DNA from: an uncultured bacterium
Lineage (GTDB): Bacteria > Verrucomicrobiota > Verrucomicrobiia > Verrucomicrobiales > DEV007
Reading direction: 5' to 3'
Length of the DNA: 64,000 nucleotides
Assembly: GCA_963977015.1 (NCBI GenBank)
Contig: CAXBMO010000027.1
Coordinates: 1-64,000, forward strand
How positions within the stretch are numbered: position 1 is the stretch's first letter; each line of letters begins with the position of its first letter. The notes below the pieces were generated by a model, which was given only the letters and a program-made list of their open reading frames with translations, was not told the origin of the DNA and did not search any database. This document shows positions 39,581 through 49,931 of this stretch, piece by piece. Both the position numbers and the translations under genes were made by a program.

Positions 39581-40423
39581 TCAATCGTTGGATGGCGGCT
39601 GCATGTAGCTCACGAGATCGATCAGCGTTTTCCGCATGTCTTTGCGCCCGATGATAAGATCAACCAACCCATGTTCCTTCATGAACTCTGCGGTTTGGAA
39701 GCCGGGAGGCAAACTCTGGTGGGTCGTTTCCTTGACCACCCGCGGTCCGGCAAAGCCGATCATGCATTTCGGTTCGGCGATGATCACATCGCCGAGGGTT
39801 GCGAAGCTCGCGGTGACGCCGCCGGTTGTCGGATGGGTCAAAACCGCGATGTAGGCCAAACCCGCTTGGTGATGGCGGGCCAGGGCGGCGCTGGTTTTAC
39901 CCATTTGCATCAGGCTCAAAATCCCTTCGTGCATCCGGGCTCCGCCGGAAGCGCTGAACAAGATGACCGGCCTGCGTTCAGCGGTGGCGGTCTCGATTGC
40001 GCGGGCTATTTTTTCGCCAACTACAGACCCCATGCTCGCCCCGAGAAAGCGAAAATCCATGATGCCGACAACGACGGGATTTTCCCCGAGATCTCCACGG
40101 CCGGTGACGACAGCTTCGTGCAACCCGGTCTTTTCCTGGTACTTCGGAACTTTGTTGGCGTAGTCCAAGAATCCCAGAGGATCAATGCTGTCCAGGTTGG
40201 TGTCCATTTCCTGGAACGATCCGGCATCGAGCAGGCTGGCGATTCGTTCGGGCGCGGTGAGAATGAAATGATGGTCGCATTTGCCGCAGACTCGAAGGTT
40301 TTCCTCCAGTTCGAGTTGATGCAGCATGGCTCCGCAACTCGGACATTTTTGCCAGAGACCCTCAGGCATGTCCTTTTTCTTGTCGCCGATTCCTTTGATG
40401 GATGGTTTCTTAAAAATCCCCAT
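39581..40423 (-). CDS. accD: Acetyl-CoA carboxylase carboxyltransferase beta subunit
   Basis: GLWQKCPSC..CGKC zinc finger, SMGSVVGEKI, SGGARMHEG, PTTGGVTASFA, FQTAEF. Confidence 0.97.
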   Translation of the reverse strand: MGIFKKPSIKGIGDKKKDMPEGLWQKCPSCGAMLHQLELEENLRVCGKCDHHFILTAPERIASLLDAGSFQEMDTNLDSIDPLGFLDYANKVPKYQEKTGLHEAVVTGRGDLGENPVVVGIMDFRFLGASMGSVVGEKIARAIETATAERRPVILFSASGGARMHEGILSLMQMGKTSAALARHHQAGLAYIAVLTHPTTGGVTASFATLGDVIIAEPKCMIGFAGPRVVKETTHQSLPPGFQTAEFMKEHGLVDLIIGRKDMRKTLIDLVSYMQPPSND

Positions 40424-40445
40424 TTGGAGCAAAATTGTTAAAGTT

Positions 40446-41192
40446 TCACGATGTCACACTGGCTCTTGCGATAGTGATAACCGCGACTTTTGACGCGCTC
40501 GCGTCTTGTTTCAACACCTTTGCGCATTCATTGGCGGTTGATCCGGTCGTCATCACATCATCGACGAGCAAAATGTTGGCGTTTTTCAGCGCCTTTTGCT
40601 GCCATGCTAAGCGGCTTACGGCGAAGGCGTCCACTAAATTCGTCAGGCGCTCTTTTCGTTCTAGGTGAGCCTGTGCAGAGGTGTAACGAATGCGGCGCAG
40701 GGCGTTGCAATGGCGAAATCCGCGATTCTGGGACAGGAGCGTGCAAAGTTCCGCCGATTGATTGAAGTGGCGTTCCCGCTCTCGACGGGGATGCAGGGGA
40801 ACCGGCACCAGCAGCCACCGGTCTTCCAAACGGAACCTGCGATCGCTCAAGCCGGCTTCGAGAAGGGTTGCGAGCAGGGGGCTCAAATGCATTTGCCGGC
40901 CGTATTTGAACGCATGAATCATCTCGCGAAGCAGGTCATTGGCGAGAAACGGTGCCCGGGCAAAGTCGTAAGCCGGCTTCGAGTCCCGGCAGCGGCGGCA
41001 GGTTGCACCGGCTTGGGAGCCTTCGACAAAGGGTTCGCAGCAAGTATCGCAAAACGGCGAGGGAAGTGGAGCGAGCCGCTTGGTGCAGTCGCCGCAAAGC
41101 CGGAGTTGGCCAGGTTCCCAATCTGGAGTGTCGCACCCCGGACACAGCCGCGGGTAAACGATGTCCAGCAGTCTGTTCGGCAAGATTGCCAT
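40446..41192 (-). CDS. comF: ComF family protein (double Zn ribbon + PRTase fold)
   Basis: Four CxxC pairs, PVPLH..RERERHFNQS, LVDDVMTTGST. Confidence 0.92.
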   Translation of the reverse strand: MAILPNRLLDIVYPRLCPGCDTPDWEPGQLRLCGDCTKRLAPLPSPFCDTCCEPFVEGSQAGATCRRCRDSKPAYDFARAPFLANDLLREMIHAFKYGRQMHLSPLLATLLEAGLSDRRFRLEDRWLLVPVPLHPRRERERHFNQSAELCTLLSQNRGFRHCNALRRIRYTSAQAHLERKERLTNLVDAFAVSRLAWQQKALKNANILLVDDVMTTGSTANECAKVLKQDASASKVAVITIARASVTS

Positions 41193-41321
41193 CGCCGGAG
41201 CCTAGGCCAAAAGATGCCGTCGCGTCAATCCTGGGATTCGTGGTCGGGGGTGCTTTCGATTGTGCAACGCCGTTTTTAGTCTCCATTACGCCGTGGCACG
41301 TAATCCCACATATTTCCGTTT

Positions 41322-42743
41322 ATGAAAATCATTGTTGTAGGCGCCGGTGAAGTTGGCCGCCATTTGGCTGAACATCTTTCCAGCGAAGCGCATGACACCA
41401 CGATCGTGGAAATGAGCGACAAATTGGCTCATGATCTGGCCTCGCTGGACGCCCGGATCATTCAGGGAAACGGATCGTCAGTCGATGTCCTGCTCGATGC
41501 CGGAGCCAATGAGTGTGACTTGTTTATGGCGTTGACCAGCAGTGCCGACGTGAATCTGGTCGCCTGCAGCGTGGCCAAGGAATTGGGCGCAAAGCGCACA
41601 ATTTGCCGCGTTCATCCGGCGGCCCAGCGCGAGGAGTGGCTTTTTGACTATCGCAGCCATTTCGGAGTCGACCTGCTCTTCAGTACCGAACTTCTGGCGG
41701 CGATTCAGCTGGCCAAGTTCATCCGGAATCCGGAATCGATGTTTGTGGAGGAGATTGCGCGAGGTCATATCGAGCTGCAGCAGATCAAAATTTCGCGGGG
41801 AAGCGTGGCCGAGAACAAGCAATTGCTCGACTTGGGATTGCCGGATCGCGTTCGGGTCGGGGCGATCCAGCGCGGTGAAGAGATTGTGATTCCCACCGCT
41901 TACGAGCAGCTCGTTGCGGGGGATCTGGTGATGTTGATTGGCGAGCCTCGCATTGTTCACGAAAGTGCCGGGAAGCTGGGAAAAGGGGTGAAGCACGAGT
42001 CTCTCCGCGTCGTGATTTTCGGGGGAGGGGAGTATGGGTTTTCGCTCGCGCAACTGCTCGAAAGCTGGGAATGCAAAGTCCGGATCATGGAGTCGGATCC
42101 CAAATTGTGCGAGGAGCTTACGGATCGACTGAAGGATACGACGATTCTCAATGTCGATGCGACCAAGTTGTCGGAGTTGCGTGAAGAACGCGTTGAAGCG
42201 GCGGACTTTTTTGTGGCAACCAGCGACAGCGACGAGGACAACGTGATGGCTTGCCTCCAAGCCCGTCACCTGGGGGCCAAAGAATGTCTGACCCTGATTC
42301 ACCGGGCCGACTACGCGGAAGCGATCAGTTCATTTGGAGTTGGGGTCGGGGTCAAGCATGCGGTTAGCCCGCGAGAGGCGACTCGAATCGAGCTGATGCG
42401 CTACGTCACTTCGGACATCGGTCATACGATTCTGGATATCGCGGATGCCGAGATCATCGAAGCCATGATTAAAGAGGAATGCGTGGTGGCTGGTCAGAAA
42501 GTCAGCGATGTGGACTGGCCAGGCGGAAGCATTTTGATCGGTTTGCTGCATGGCGCCAACGCCTCAATGCCTGCCGCCGGTGACGTGATTGAAGGGGGCG
42601 ACACGATTTATGCGTTGGTTTCCAAACAAGCGAAAAAGCGCTTCTTCAAGTTGCTGCGCCGCAAGAGCAAGGTTGTTCCGGGAAACGGGAAGGACGCTTC
42701 AGAGAAGGCTGATGCCGCTTCCAAAGAGGCTTCAACCGGTTGA
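41322..42743 (+). CDS. trkA: Trk potassium uptake NAD-binding subunit
   Basis: Two RCK_N domains (GAGEVG; GGGEYG), each followed by RCK_C. Confidence 0.93.
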   Translation: MKIIVVGAGEVGRHLAEHLSSEAHDTTIVEMSDKLAHDLASLDARIIQGNGSSVDVLLDAGANECDLFMALTSSADVNLVACSVAKELGAKRTICRVHPAAQREEWLFDYRSHFGVDLLFSTELLAAIQLAKFIRNPESMFVEEIARGHIELQQIKISRGSVAENKQLLDLGLPDRVRVGAIQRGEEIVIPTAYEQLVAGDLVMLIGEPRIVHESAGKLGKGVKHESLRVVIFGGGEYGFSLAQLLESWECKVRIMESDPKLCEELTDRLKDTTILNVDATKLSELREERVEAADFFVATSDSDEDNVMACLQARHLGAKECLTLIHRADYAEAISSFGVGVGVKHAVSPREATRIELMRYVTSDIGHTILDIADAEIIEAMIKEECVVAGQKVSDVDWPGGSILIGLLHGANASMPAAGDVIEGGDTIYALVSKQAKKRFFKLLRRKSKVVPGNGKDASEKADAASKEASTG

Positions 42744-42799
42744 TGCTTCCGGAAAATCTCTCTTGATGGTTTTGCTGGGTTCCGTCACGTTCCGGGAGC

Positions 42800-43585
42800 A
42801 TGGAAAGCTCCCCCCAATCGGTTCCTCCAGAATTTGCTCCTCCAACCAGTGAGCCGCCGCAGCTTTGGGGGCCGTTGGGAACCCTGGGGATTGGTCTTGT
42901 CATCTGCCTGGTGTGGTTTATTGCCCAAACCGCCATCGCGATTGTCATGGTCAGTTTGAACTTTCTGGTGGATCGGGATGCGGCCGATACCCTGCAGTAC
43001 GATGGCGATTTATTGGGGGTGGCGACGGTGGGAGCTGGGGTTGCCGCCATCATCGCAATGTTCTTCTTTGTTTGGATCCGCAAGGTTCCGTGGGCGGACT
43101 ACCTTGACTTGCGATGGCCGTGGCGTTGGTGGCTTCAATTGCCATTTTGGTTGGCAATCACCTATGGCTTGGGATTTCTCTTCGGTCATCTGGCTCCGAT
43201 GTTTAATCGGGAAGAGATTCCGGAATTCATGCAGAAAGCGTTTCTGTCGACCGACTACATGATCATTCTTTGGTTGGGTGTTGCGGTAATGGCGCCCCTT
43301 TTTGAAGAGTTTTTCTTTCGTGGCTTCCTTTATGCCGGTTGGCGAAATTCAGTTTTGGGCTGGACCGGGACGGCGGTCATCACTTCGCTTCTCTGGGCCC
43401 TCATCCATGTTCAGTACGGCTGGTTTGAGATCAGTTGCATCTTCGTCCTGGGGCTCGTTTTTGCGGTAGCCCGCGAAGTTACCGGCTCCCTTTGGATTCC
43501 GGTTGCCATGCATGCCTTGAACAATGCGGTCGCCATTTATGCGACCGAGGTGGAGATGGCGAAGCTGGCCTTGAATGCACCCTAA
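42800..43585 (+). CDS. CPBP (CAAX/Abi) intramembrane glutamic endopeptidase
   Basis: APLFEEFFFRG, WALIH, AMHALNN. Confidence 0.93.
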   Translation: MESSPQSVPPEFAPPTSEPPQLWGPLGTLGIGLVICLVWFIAQTAIAIVMVSLNFLVDRDAADTLQYDGDLLGVATVGAGVAAIIAMFFFVWIRKVPWADYLDLRWPWRWWLQLPFWLAITYGLGFLFGHLAPMFNREEIPEFMQKAFLSTDYMIILWLGVAVMAPLFEEFFFRGFLYAGWRNSVLGWTGTAVITSLLWALIHVQYGWFEISCIFVLGLVFAVAREVTGSLWIPVAMHALNNAVAIYATEVEMAKLALNAP

Positions 43586-44412
43586 TTTTTGAACTCCGGG
43601 AAGAACGGATTGTTCCGCTTTTCCTCTCGAACGCTGGTGAACGGGCCGTGTCCGGGACAAAGCACCGTATCGTCAGGCAGCGAGAGAATTTTTTCCCGGT
43701 TGGTTTGGAGAGCGTCCTGATACGAGATGATTCCGCCGCCCATGGAACCGGCAAACATGGCATCGCCGACCACTGCGACCGGGCGTTCCAGCCCTTCAAT
43801 GACATAGGTGGTTCCCCCGTGAGAGTGTCCCCAGGTCGTGGCTGTTCTCATGCTGAGATTTCCGATTTCGAAAGTATCTCCTTCCTCAAATGAGATTCCG
43901 CCTTTCCAAGGCTCCTTGGCGTTTGCGTGGACGGGGATTCCCAGACGTCCCGAAATCGTGTCGGCTTCCGCGATGTGATCGGGATGGGTATGAGTCAAAA
44001 AGAGGCCGGTCGCCTTTAAGTCGTGAGTTTTGAGGAAGTCGAGCAGCGGGAACGCGTCGGTCCCGGTATCAAAGATCGCCGCTTGGCGGGACTGAGGATC
44101 CCAAACGACAAAGGCGTTGACCGTCATTCCGCTGTGATATCGGGAATTGAACAACTCGAGACCGTCCAACTTTACGGGTCTCGGATACCACAACTTCATC
44201 GCTGAACGGAGCAGTGCGTTGCTGTCCAATTCGAGGGCCGGGGCCAGTTTCGGCAGTGACGTCTCGTCGAGTTCGCCCCTTGCCAGGGATTTGATTGTCT
44301 CTGCGGAGACGCCGGTTCTCTTGCTCAATTCCCGATCCGTCAGCCTCAGACCGTTCATCGCCTTGGTGATGATGTCGTTGAAATCGTCTTCGATCGCAAT
44401 TTTGCTGGTCAT
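43582..44412 (-). CDS. MBL-fold metallo-hydrolase with an N-terminal HTH-like domain
   Basis: THTHPDH, GHSHGG, GDAMF, PGHG; N-terminal LTDRELSKRTGVSAETIKSL. Confidence 0.9.
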   Translation of the reverse strand: MTSKIAIEDDFNDIITKAMNGLRLTDRELSKRTGVSAETIKSLARGELDETSLPKLAPALELDSNALLRSAMKLWYPRPVKLDGLELFNSRYHSGMTVNAFVVWDPQSRQAAIFDTGTDAFPLLDFLKTHDLKATGLFLTHTHPDHIAEADTISGRLGIPVHANAKEPWKGGISFEEGDTFEIGNLSMRTATTWGHSHGGTTYVIEGLERPVAVVGDAMFAGSMGGGIISYQDALQTNREKILSLPDDTVLCPGHGPFTSVREEKRNNPFFPEFKN

Positions 44413-44457
44413 ATTGACCTAACAGTGCCCGAAACGCCGGGTGAAGTCATCCAGTTT

Positions 44458-44655
44458 TCAGTTCGAGACGCTCCGGATCCCAAGCGGGATTTCCGTAATC
44501 TTGGCGCTTCTGGCCTCAAACGTGTGGCTCGACTCGCGGGAATCGGCAATGGCCCGGCGTTGCATATGGTCCATCCCAAAAAGGAAAACGGCTACGCCCG
44601 AGTAAAAGATGACTCGGCTGATAATGCGTTGGCGAAGAGGAGGTCGAAACAGCAC
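44458..44655 (-). CDS. Possible small membrane protein
   Basis: 65 aa ORF with one hydrophobic segment, co-directional with its neighbours. GTG start, no homology recognised. Confidence 0.3.
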   Translation of the reverse strand: MLFRPPLRQRIISRVIFYSGVAVFLFGMDHMQRRAIADSRESSHTFEARSAKITEIPLGIRSVSN

Positions 44656-44784
44656 GACGGAAATGGAGCGAGAATTATCATTTGTGCCACTAAAATTTTA
44701 GAAAATCCTCAGAGTTATTAGTTAAGAGTGCCGAATTAGTGGATTGCTCAGAAATCAGCGCGCAGATGTTTCTGTGACGGTGGA

Positions 44785-45210
44785 CTAGGCTTCATCGGAA
44801 GGCGGTAGCTCCAATTCCGGTTGATTGGCGCGCGATCGCATCCAATTGATCGAGTTGAGGATCGATTTGCGTTGGACGAACCACAATTCAAGATCCCTCT
44901 TTCCGGGGAAATTCATCAGAACCAGCCCCATCAACATGGTGAGGAGTCCCTGGCCGGGGGTAATCAGCATGATAACGCCCATTAACAGCAGGATCAGGCC
45001 AGCCGCGTTCTTGGCGATCAAGGTGCTCCAACGGAGAATCGGGTGGCGCGCAGCCCACGATGTTTCGTGCTTTCGGTCTGGAATGAAGTAATCGGGCGAC
45101 ATCCGGACGACGATGATTGGAATGATGATCAGCGTCAGGAAAAAGGTCAGCGCGGAAATCGAACCAACCCAGACCTTCACGCTAGTTGGAATGGAATCCC
45201 AAGTGCTCAT
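44785..45210 (-). CDS. PGPGW-domain membrane protein
   Basis: GVIMLITPGQGLLTMLMG..FPGK. ATG at 45210 preferred. Confidence 0.8.
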   Translation of the reverse strand: MSTWDSIPTSVKVWVGSISALTFFLTLIIIPIIVVRMSPDYFIPDRKHETSWAARHPILRWSTLIAKNAAGLILLLMGVIMLITPGQGLLTMLMGLVLMNFPGKRDLELWFVQRKSILNSINWMRSRANQPELELPPSDEA

Positions 45211-45322
45211 GAATTTGCAAAACCTTAGAGAGGAATGGAAAGCTCGCAATTACAGGGAAATTCCAAATTTAGAGTCGCAAATTTTACTTCGCTAGCGGCC
45301 AGAGTCGTGATATGGCTAACGC

Positions 45323-45757
45323 ATGCTGAAATTCCAGATTCTCCCCGCAATTTTGCTTTCGGTTTTTCTCACCAGTTGTGTGTCGGTCTCCGTTGATCGA
45401 GGCAAGAAAAAGTCATCTCCGGCTCCAACGCAAGGTGAGGCAATCGCCCAACCTTTGGGGGCTCCGGCTCCGTCGCGCCAGAAAACGCTCGTTGAGCACG
45501 AAATCGTTTCGGGGGATTCCCTCTGGAAGATTGCTCGACAATACGAGACCAGCGTCGCTGAAATTAAGGAAGCCAACCAACTCGACAGTGACGTCATCAT
45601 CGCTGGTCAAACCTTGAAGGTGCCAACGTTTCAGGTTCCCGAAGGGCAGGCCACCAATGAATTGGGAATTTTCGAAAGCGGCAGCCAGCCCGCGCCGACC
45701 ACGTCAACCGCGCCACCACCACCACCGGTCATTATTCCTCCGATTACTTCTTCGTAA
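45323..45757 (+). CDS. LysM peptidoglycan-binding lipoprotein
   Basis: Lipobox LTSC; LysM HEIVSGDSLWKIARQYETSVAEIKEANQL..IIAGQTLKVP. Confidence 0.92.
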   Translation: MLKFQILPAILLSVFLTSCVSVSVDRGKKKSSPAPTQGEAIAQPLGAPAPSRQKTLVEHEIVSGDSLWKIARQYETSVAEIKEANQLDSDVIIAGQTLKVPTFQVPEGQATNELGIFESGSQPAPTTSTAPPPPPVIIPPITSS

Positions 45758-48296
45758 GTCGAACCCCTTCAATGTCCGCGATTCGGGGCTGAAGGACCCG
45801 CCCGGCCCTCAGGAAAATCATCTGGGGACCGGTGTTTTTCGCATCAATCGTGATCTCTGATTTCGGTCCGAACTTAATCGCTTTGAAGTCATCCCAGCTG
45901 TTGGTGCGCTGAGTTTCGCCCGAAAGTTGCGTGCCGGCGCAGATCAACTCGATTTTGCTTCCGGCCCTATCTTCACAGGCCTGCAGAACTTCAACGGTAT
46001 AGGTTCCTGGTGCCGCGATTTTGACGGTCCATTGAATCCAAGTGTTTGGTGAGGTCCAGTTTTCGAAGTTTCCGGTCACAGGGTTGATGTATCCTCCGTT
46101 GGACTCGCCTCTGAGTTCACCCGCCGTTGCCGTGAGCAGTTTTCCCGATTCGAGGGTTCGCATCTCGGTAATCGACTTCTGGAGTTGAGCCAAAAGACGC
46201 TGTTGCAGCGATTCCATTCCCGCGAGCTTCGTCGTTTTGAGAAAGTTGATGGTCTGCGGAAGAGGTCGATCCACCATGACGCTGAAAACGCGTTGTCGAT
46301 CAGAACCCGAGGCGGCGTCCAGGGCTCGTTTCCAGCCATTGACGTCCACGGGCTCTTTGTCCGGGAGGCCGAGCATCCGGATGTAAGCCCTCATGGCCGC
46401 AGTTTTCAGCGCGGCGTTGTCCGCGCCATCCATGATTTCAATGAGAAGCCCGCTGGCGCTCCTGACAGGCCAATTGTTCAAGGCCAAAATGGCATCGCCT
46501 TTATAGGTCGCGTCTTCCTCCTTGAAAATTCTTTGCAGTCTGGCCTCGGCAGCCTTGCCTCCCAGTGAGCCCACGATCCGGCAAAGTGACTTCCGGTGGT
46601 CACCCGAGCTGCTGTTCATCGCCGTCAAGATGGGAGATGAACGTTTCTCCACATCCGGATCCTTGAGCAAAATCGTGATGGCGGCATCTTCTAAAAGTTG
46701 TCGATCCGCCGTTGCGATTTTCGGCTTCTTCAACGCGGTCAGCAAATCATTGAGATGATCGTCCTGAGCGATGATTCGGATGGTTTTAGCCGCCAGATTT
46801 CTTTCTTTTGGGTCGGTTGACGCGCTGAAGACTTTCAGAACGTCGCTAAACGCCTCGGGCATGTTGCGACTGGCGACGGTGTCCATGATGTACATCCGGA
46901 CACGTCCTGGAGTGGCTTCCTTCAGCTCCTGCAAAATGGCTTCATAAACGCCCGGCCCTTCCAATTCCTTCAGCACCCGCAGTGCTCTCGGGTCAGACTT
47001 CTCCGGGTTCAGAAATTCTACGACCAAGCCCACATCCTCAGCGGTTCCTTTTCCTGTATCAGCCAAATTGGCCATGCGTTTGGCCTTGTCGGCTTCAGAC
47101 AATTTGCCGAGAAGGAAGAATGCGCCCAGAACAATGATGAACGTCAGGCTGATGAGCGATCCGATTAAAACTCCACGACGCTTTTTGCGAGCTTCTTCCT
47201 GGTAGCGCAACTCAACCGTCGCGGAATGGGAACTGATGGGGCCGGTTGATGACGTCGATGTCGTGACTCCTCCAGTCCGATGGGGACCTGTTTGTGGACC
47301 TGTTGACCGTTTTGCCGTGGGCTGTGGCCCGGTCTTCATCGTTCGTGGACTGCCGCCAATCTGTAGCTGGCCCGTCGCCGGGTTGACGCCTTGATTGGGC
47401 TCTTCCGGAACGAGAATTGCCTCGGCGACTTCTTCCTCGGGAGCAACGTAAACGGGACCGCTTGAAGTTGCCGCAACCGGCGGGAATCGCTCCAAGGCCT
47501 CTCGGGCGTCGGCAGGACGCCGTTTCATGTCGCGATTGATGAGCCACATGACCCATTGGCAAACGTCATCGGGGAGATCGGGGCGCGCTTCCTTCAGGGG
47601 CTTCACCTTGTGTTGCAAGTGAGCGGCCATCACCTGGGGCGCTGATTCCCCATCAAACGGATATTTTCCGGTAAGGCTGAAGTAGTAGATGGCACCCATC
47701 GCGTAGAGATCGGTCCGGAAATCGAGCTTCAGTCGCTCGAACTGCTCGGGGGCCATGAAATAGATTGAGCCGAGAATGGCATCACCCTGGTCAATGGTCT
47801 GAACGGAGGGCGCGTCGCTGATTTTCGCCAAACCAAAATCGAGGACCTTGATCTGGAATTTGCCGCTGGCCCGCCAAATCACCATGATGTTGCCGGGTTT
47901 GAGATCCCGGTGCAGCATATTCACCGCCTGTGCTGCGATGAGTGCTTCCAAGGTCTGGTTCACCACCTCGGAGAAGTCGTTTAACGTCAACAACCCTCGC
48001 CCGACGGTCTCGTCGAGAGTTTCTCCGTCGAGGAGTTCCATGACCACAAATCCGCCGGATTCGTCCTGACCGATGTCGAAAACCGTGACGATGTTTGGGT
48101 GATTGAGAGACGACATGACCGTCGCCTCTTTCATCAGCTTCTGCGCCGCCTCCTCAACGTCATCCTTGTTTGCTTGCTCTGGCGTGAGGATACGCTTGAG
48201 CGCAACTTCACGCTTAAGCTGTGTATCGAAAGCCCGATATACGGCCCCTAAGCCACCTTGGCCGATTTTTTCCTGGATTTGATAACGGTCACTCAT
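45744..48296 (-). CDS. Hanks-type Ser/Thr protein kinase with TM, HEAT-like repeats and a C-terminal CBM-like beta domain
   Basis: GQGGLG, VALK, HRDLKPGN, DFG, FMAPE; one TM helix; helical repeats; WIQWTVKIAAPGTYTVEV..TNSWDDF. Confidence 0.92.
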   Translation of the reverse strand: MSDRYQIQEKIGQGGLGAVYRAFDTQLKREVALKRILTPEQANKDDVEEAAQKLMKEATVMSSLNHPNIVTVFDIGQDESGGFVVMELLDGETLDETVGRGLLTLNDFSEVVNQTLEALIAAQAVNMLHRDLKPGNIMVIWRASGKFQIKVLDFGLAKISDAPSVQTIDQGDAILGSIYFMAPEQFERLKLDFRTDLYAMGAIYYFSLTGKYPFDGESAPQVMAAHLQHKVKPLKEARPDLPDDVCQWVMWLINRDMKRRPADAREALERFPPVAATSSGPVYVAPEEEVAEAILVPEEPNQGVNPATGQLQIGGSPRTMKTGPQPTAKRSTGPQTGPHRTGGVTTSTSSTGPISSHSATVELRYQEEARKKRRGVLIGSLISLTFIIVLGAFFLLGKLSEADKAKRMANLADTGKGTAEDVGLVVEFLNPEKSDPRALRVLKELEGPGVYEAILQELKEATPGRVRMYIMDTVASRNMPEAFSDVLKVFSASTDPKERNLAAKTIRIIAQDDHLNDLLTALKKPKIATADRQLLEDAAITILLKDPDVEKRSSPILTAMNSSSGDHRKSLCRIVGSLGGKAAEARLQRIFKEEDATYKGDAILALNNWPVRSASGLLIEIMDGADNAALKTAAMRAYIRMLGLPDKEPVDVNGWKRALDAASGSDRQRVFSVMVDRPLPQTINFLKTTKLAGMESLQQRLLAQLQKSITEMRTLESGKLLTATAGELRGESNGGYINPVTGNFENWTSPNTWIQWTVKIAAPGTYTVEVLQACEDRAGSKIELICAGTQLSGETQRTNSWDDFKAIKFGPKSEITIDAKNTGPQMIFLRAGRVLQPRIADIEGVRLTKK

Positions 48297-48513
48297 AACC
48301 GGTTGAGTCCTGGTTTCTCACGCAACGGCCCGTGACATGGGTAATCGGAGGGCAAGTAAAACCGAAGGCTCGGGAATGGTAGTATCTCCTTAAAGCAAAT
48401 CCAGAGGCAATCATCAATTAGCGATTTTTCGTTTTTCGGTAATCTTTGGTTTTTCTTTCGCGAATCACGACTGGACGGCAGTAGGAATTACCCTTTATCA
48501 GTCGCCTTTAGCC

Positions 48514-49752
48514 ATGGAAATCTTCGAACTGATCGCGCTCCTTTTGAGTATCACCGCTGTGTTTGGGTATCTTAACGCACGGGTTAACCGGCTGCCGACC
48601 ACCATTGGGGTGATGCTGTTCGCTCTCATTTTCTCGTTGGTTTTGATCCTGTTGGGCTCCGTCTTTCCCGGGATTCGCGACTCTGCGACAGACATCATCT
48701 CGCAGGTGGATTTCAATGAGGCGCTGATGCAGACGATGCTTTGTTTTTTGCTGTTTGCGGGCGCGCTCCACGTCAATCTCGATGATCTCAGGCAACAACG
48801 CCGTGTCATTGGGATTATGGCTTCCGTTGGTGTCGTCCTTTCCACCGCAATAATCGGAACGGGTGCCTGGCTTCTTCTCGGCGCGTTTGGAATGGAGGTT
48901 CGCTACATTGAATGCCTGCTCTTCGGGGCGCTGATTTCGCCAACGGATCCGGTCGCTGTTTTGGGGATCCTGAAAACGGTGGGCGTTAAAAAGTCGCTGG
49001 AAACCAAAATCACCGGCGAATCCCTGTTCAATGATGGAATCGGAGTTGTGGTGTTCCTGGCCATTCTCGGGATTGCGACCAGTTCGGATGGCCATGTCTC
49101 GGCCGGCCATATCGGCCATATCCTCTTGGTCGAAGTTGGGGGAGGCGTCATTTTTGGCCTGATCCTCGGGTGGCTTGGTTATCAAATGCTCCGGCAGATT
49201 GAAAACTACCAGATCGAGGTCTTGATTACTCTTGCCATCGTCGCCGGTGGCTATGCATTGGCCATGAAATTGCACACCTCCGGGCCGTTGGCGGTTGTCG
49301 TCGCCGGATTGATGATTGGCAATCAGGGGCGAACACTTGCCATGTCGGAACACACGCGGGAGCATCTCGACCAGTTTTGGGAACTCATCGATGAAATCCT
49401 CAATGCAGTTCTCTTCGTGCTGATCGGGTTGGAAGTGTTGATTCTCGCCCTCAATGGGAATGCGCTTCTCTTGGGAGTGCTTGCCATTCCGCTCGTGATT
49501 GGTGCGCGATTCGTGGCGGTTTGTTCCACGGTAGGGATGCTTGCGAAGTTTCGTCCCTTCAGCAAAGGAGCAATTCCCATTATGACGTGGGGAGGATTGC
49601 GTGGCGGCATTTCGGTTGCGCTCGCTCTCGCTCTCCCGGCGCAACTGATTGAGTCTCGCGATGTGTTTTTGACGATGACTTACGTGGTCGTCATTTTCAG
49701 CATCGCAGTTCAGGGGCTCACCTTGAGCAAGGTCATATCGAAATACGCCTAG
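48514..49752 (+). CDS. Na+/H+ antiporter, CPA1/NhaP family
   Basis: LLFAGALH, ISPTDPVAV, GESLFNDG, WGGLRGGISVALAL. Confidence 0.94.
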   Translation: MEIFELIALLLSITAVFGYLNARVNRLPTTIGVMLFALIFSLVLILLGSVFPGIRDSATDIISQVDFNEALMQTMLCFLLFAGALHVNLDDLRQQRRVIGIMASVGVVLSTAIIGTGAWLLLGAFGMEVRYIECLLFGALISPTDPVAVLGILKTVGVKKSLETKITGESLFNDGIGVVVFLAILGIATSSDGHVSAGHIGHILLVEVGGGVIFGLILGWLGYQMLRQIENYQIEVLITLAIVAGGYALAMKLHTSGPLAVVVAGLMIGNQGRTLAMSEHTREHLDQFWELIDEILNAVLFVLIGLEVLILALNGNALLLGVLAIPLVIGARFVAVCSTVGMLAKFRPFSKGAIPIMTWGGLRGGISVALALALPAQLIESRDVFLTMTYVVVIFSIAVQGLTLSKVISKYA

Positions 49753-49931
49753 AAACGGCTCGAAATACGCCTGGCAGCGCTCGGGCAGCCTGCTGGCTCC
49801 GTTGGTGGTTCTGTGGTCGAACTTGGGAGATTCTTCTTCGTGCTTCGTCTTGTTTAGAAGTGCAGATATTTAATATTAATTGACTATTATGATTTCTATG
49901 GCATTTTATGGGAAATCGAACACGAAAGTTG

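Noticed and set aside
42800-43585. Abi-type phage defence or bacteriocin immunity
   Set aside because: An ordinary CPBP protease in a housekeeping context with no defence or bacteriocin neighbours.
49738-49772. 13 bp direct repeat tcgaaatacgcct at the antiporter 3' end
   Set aside because: Only 9 bp apart with no associated mobile element; probably a local duplication, not interpretable.
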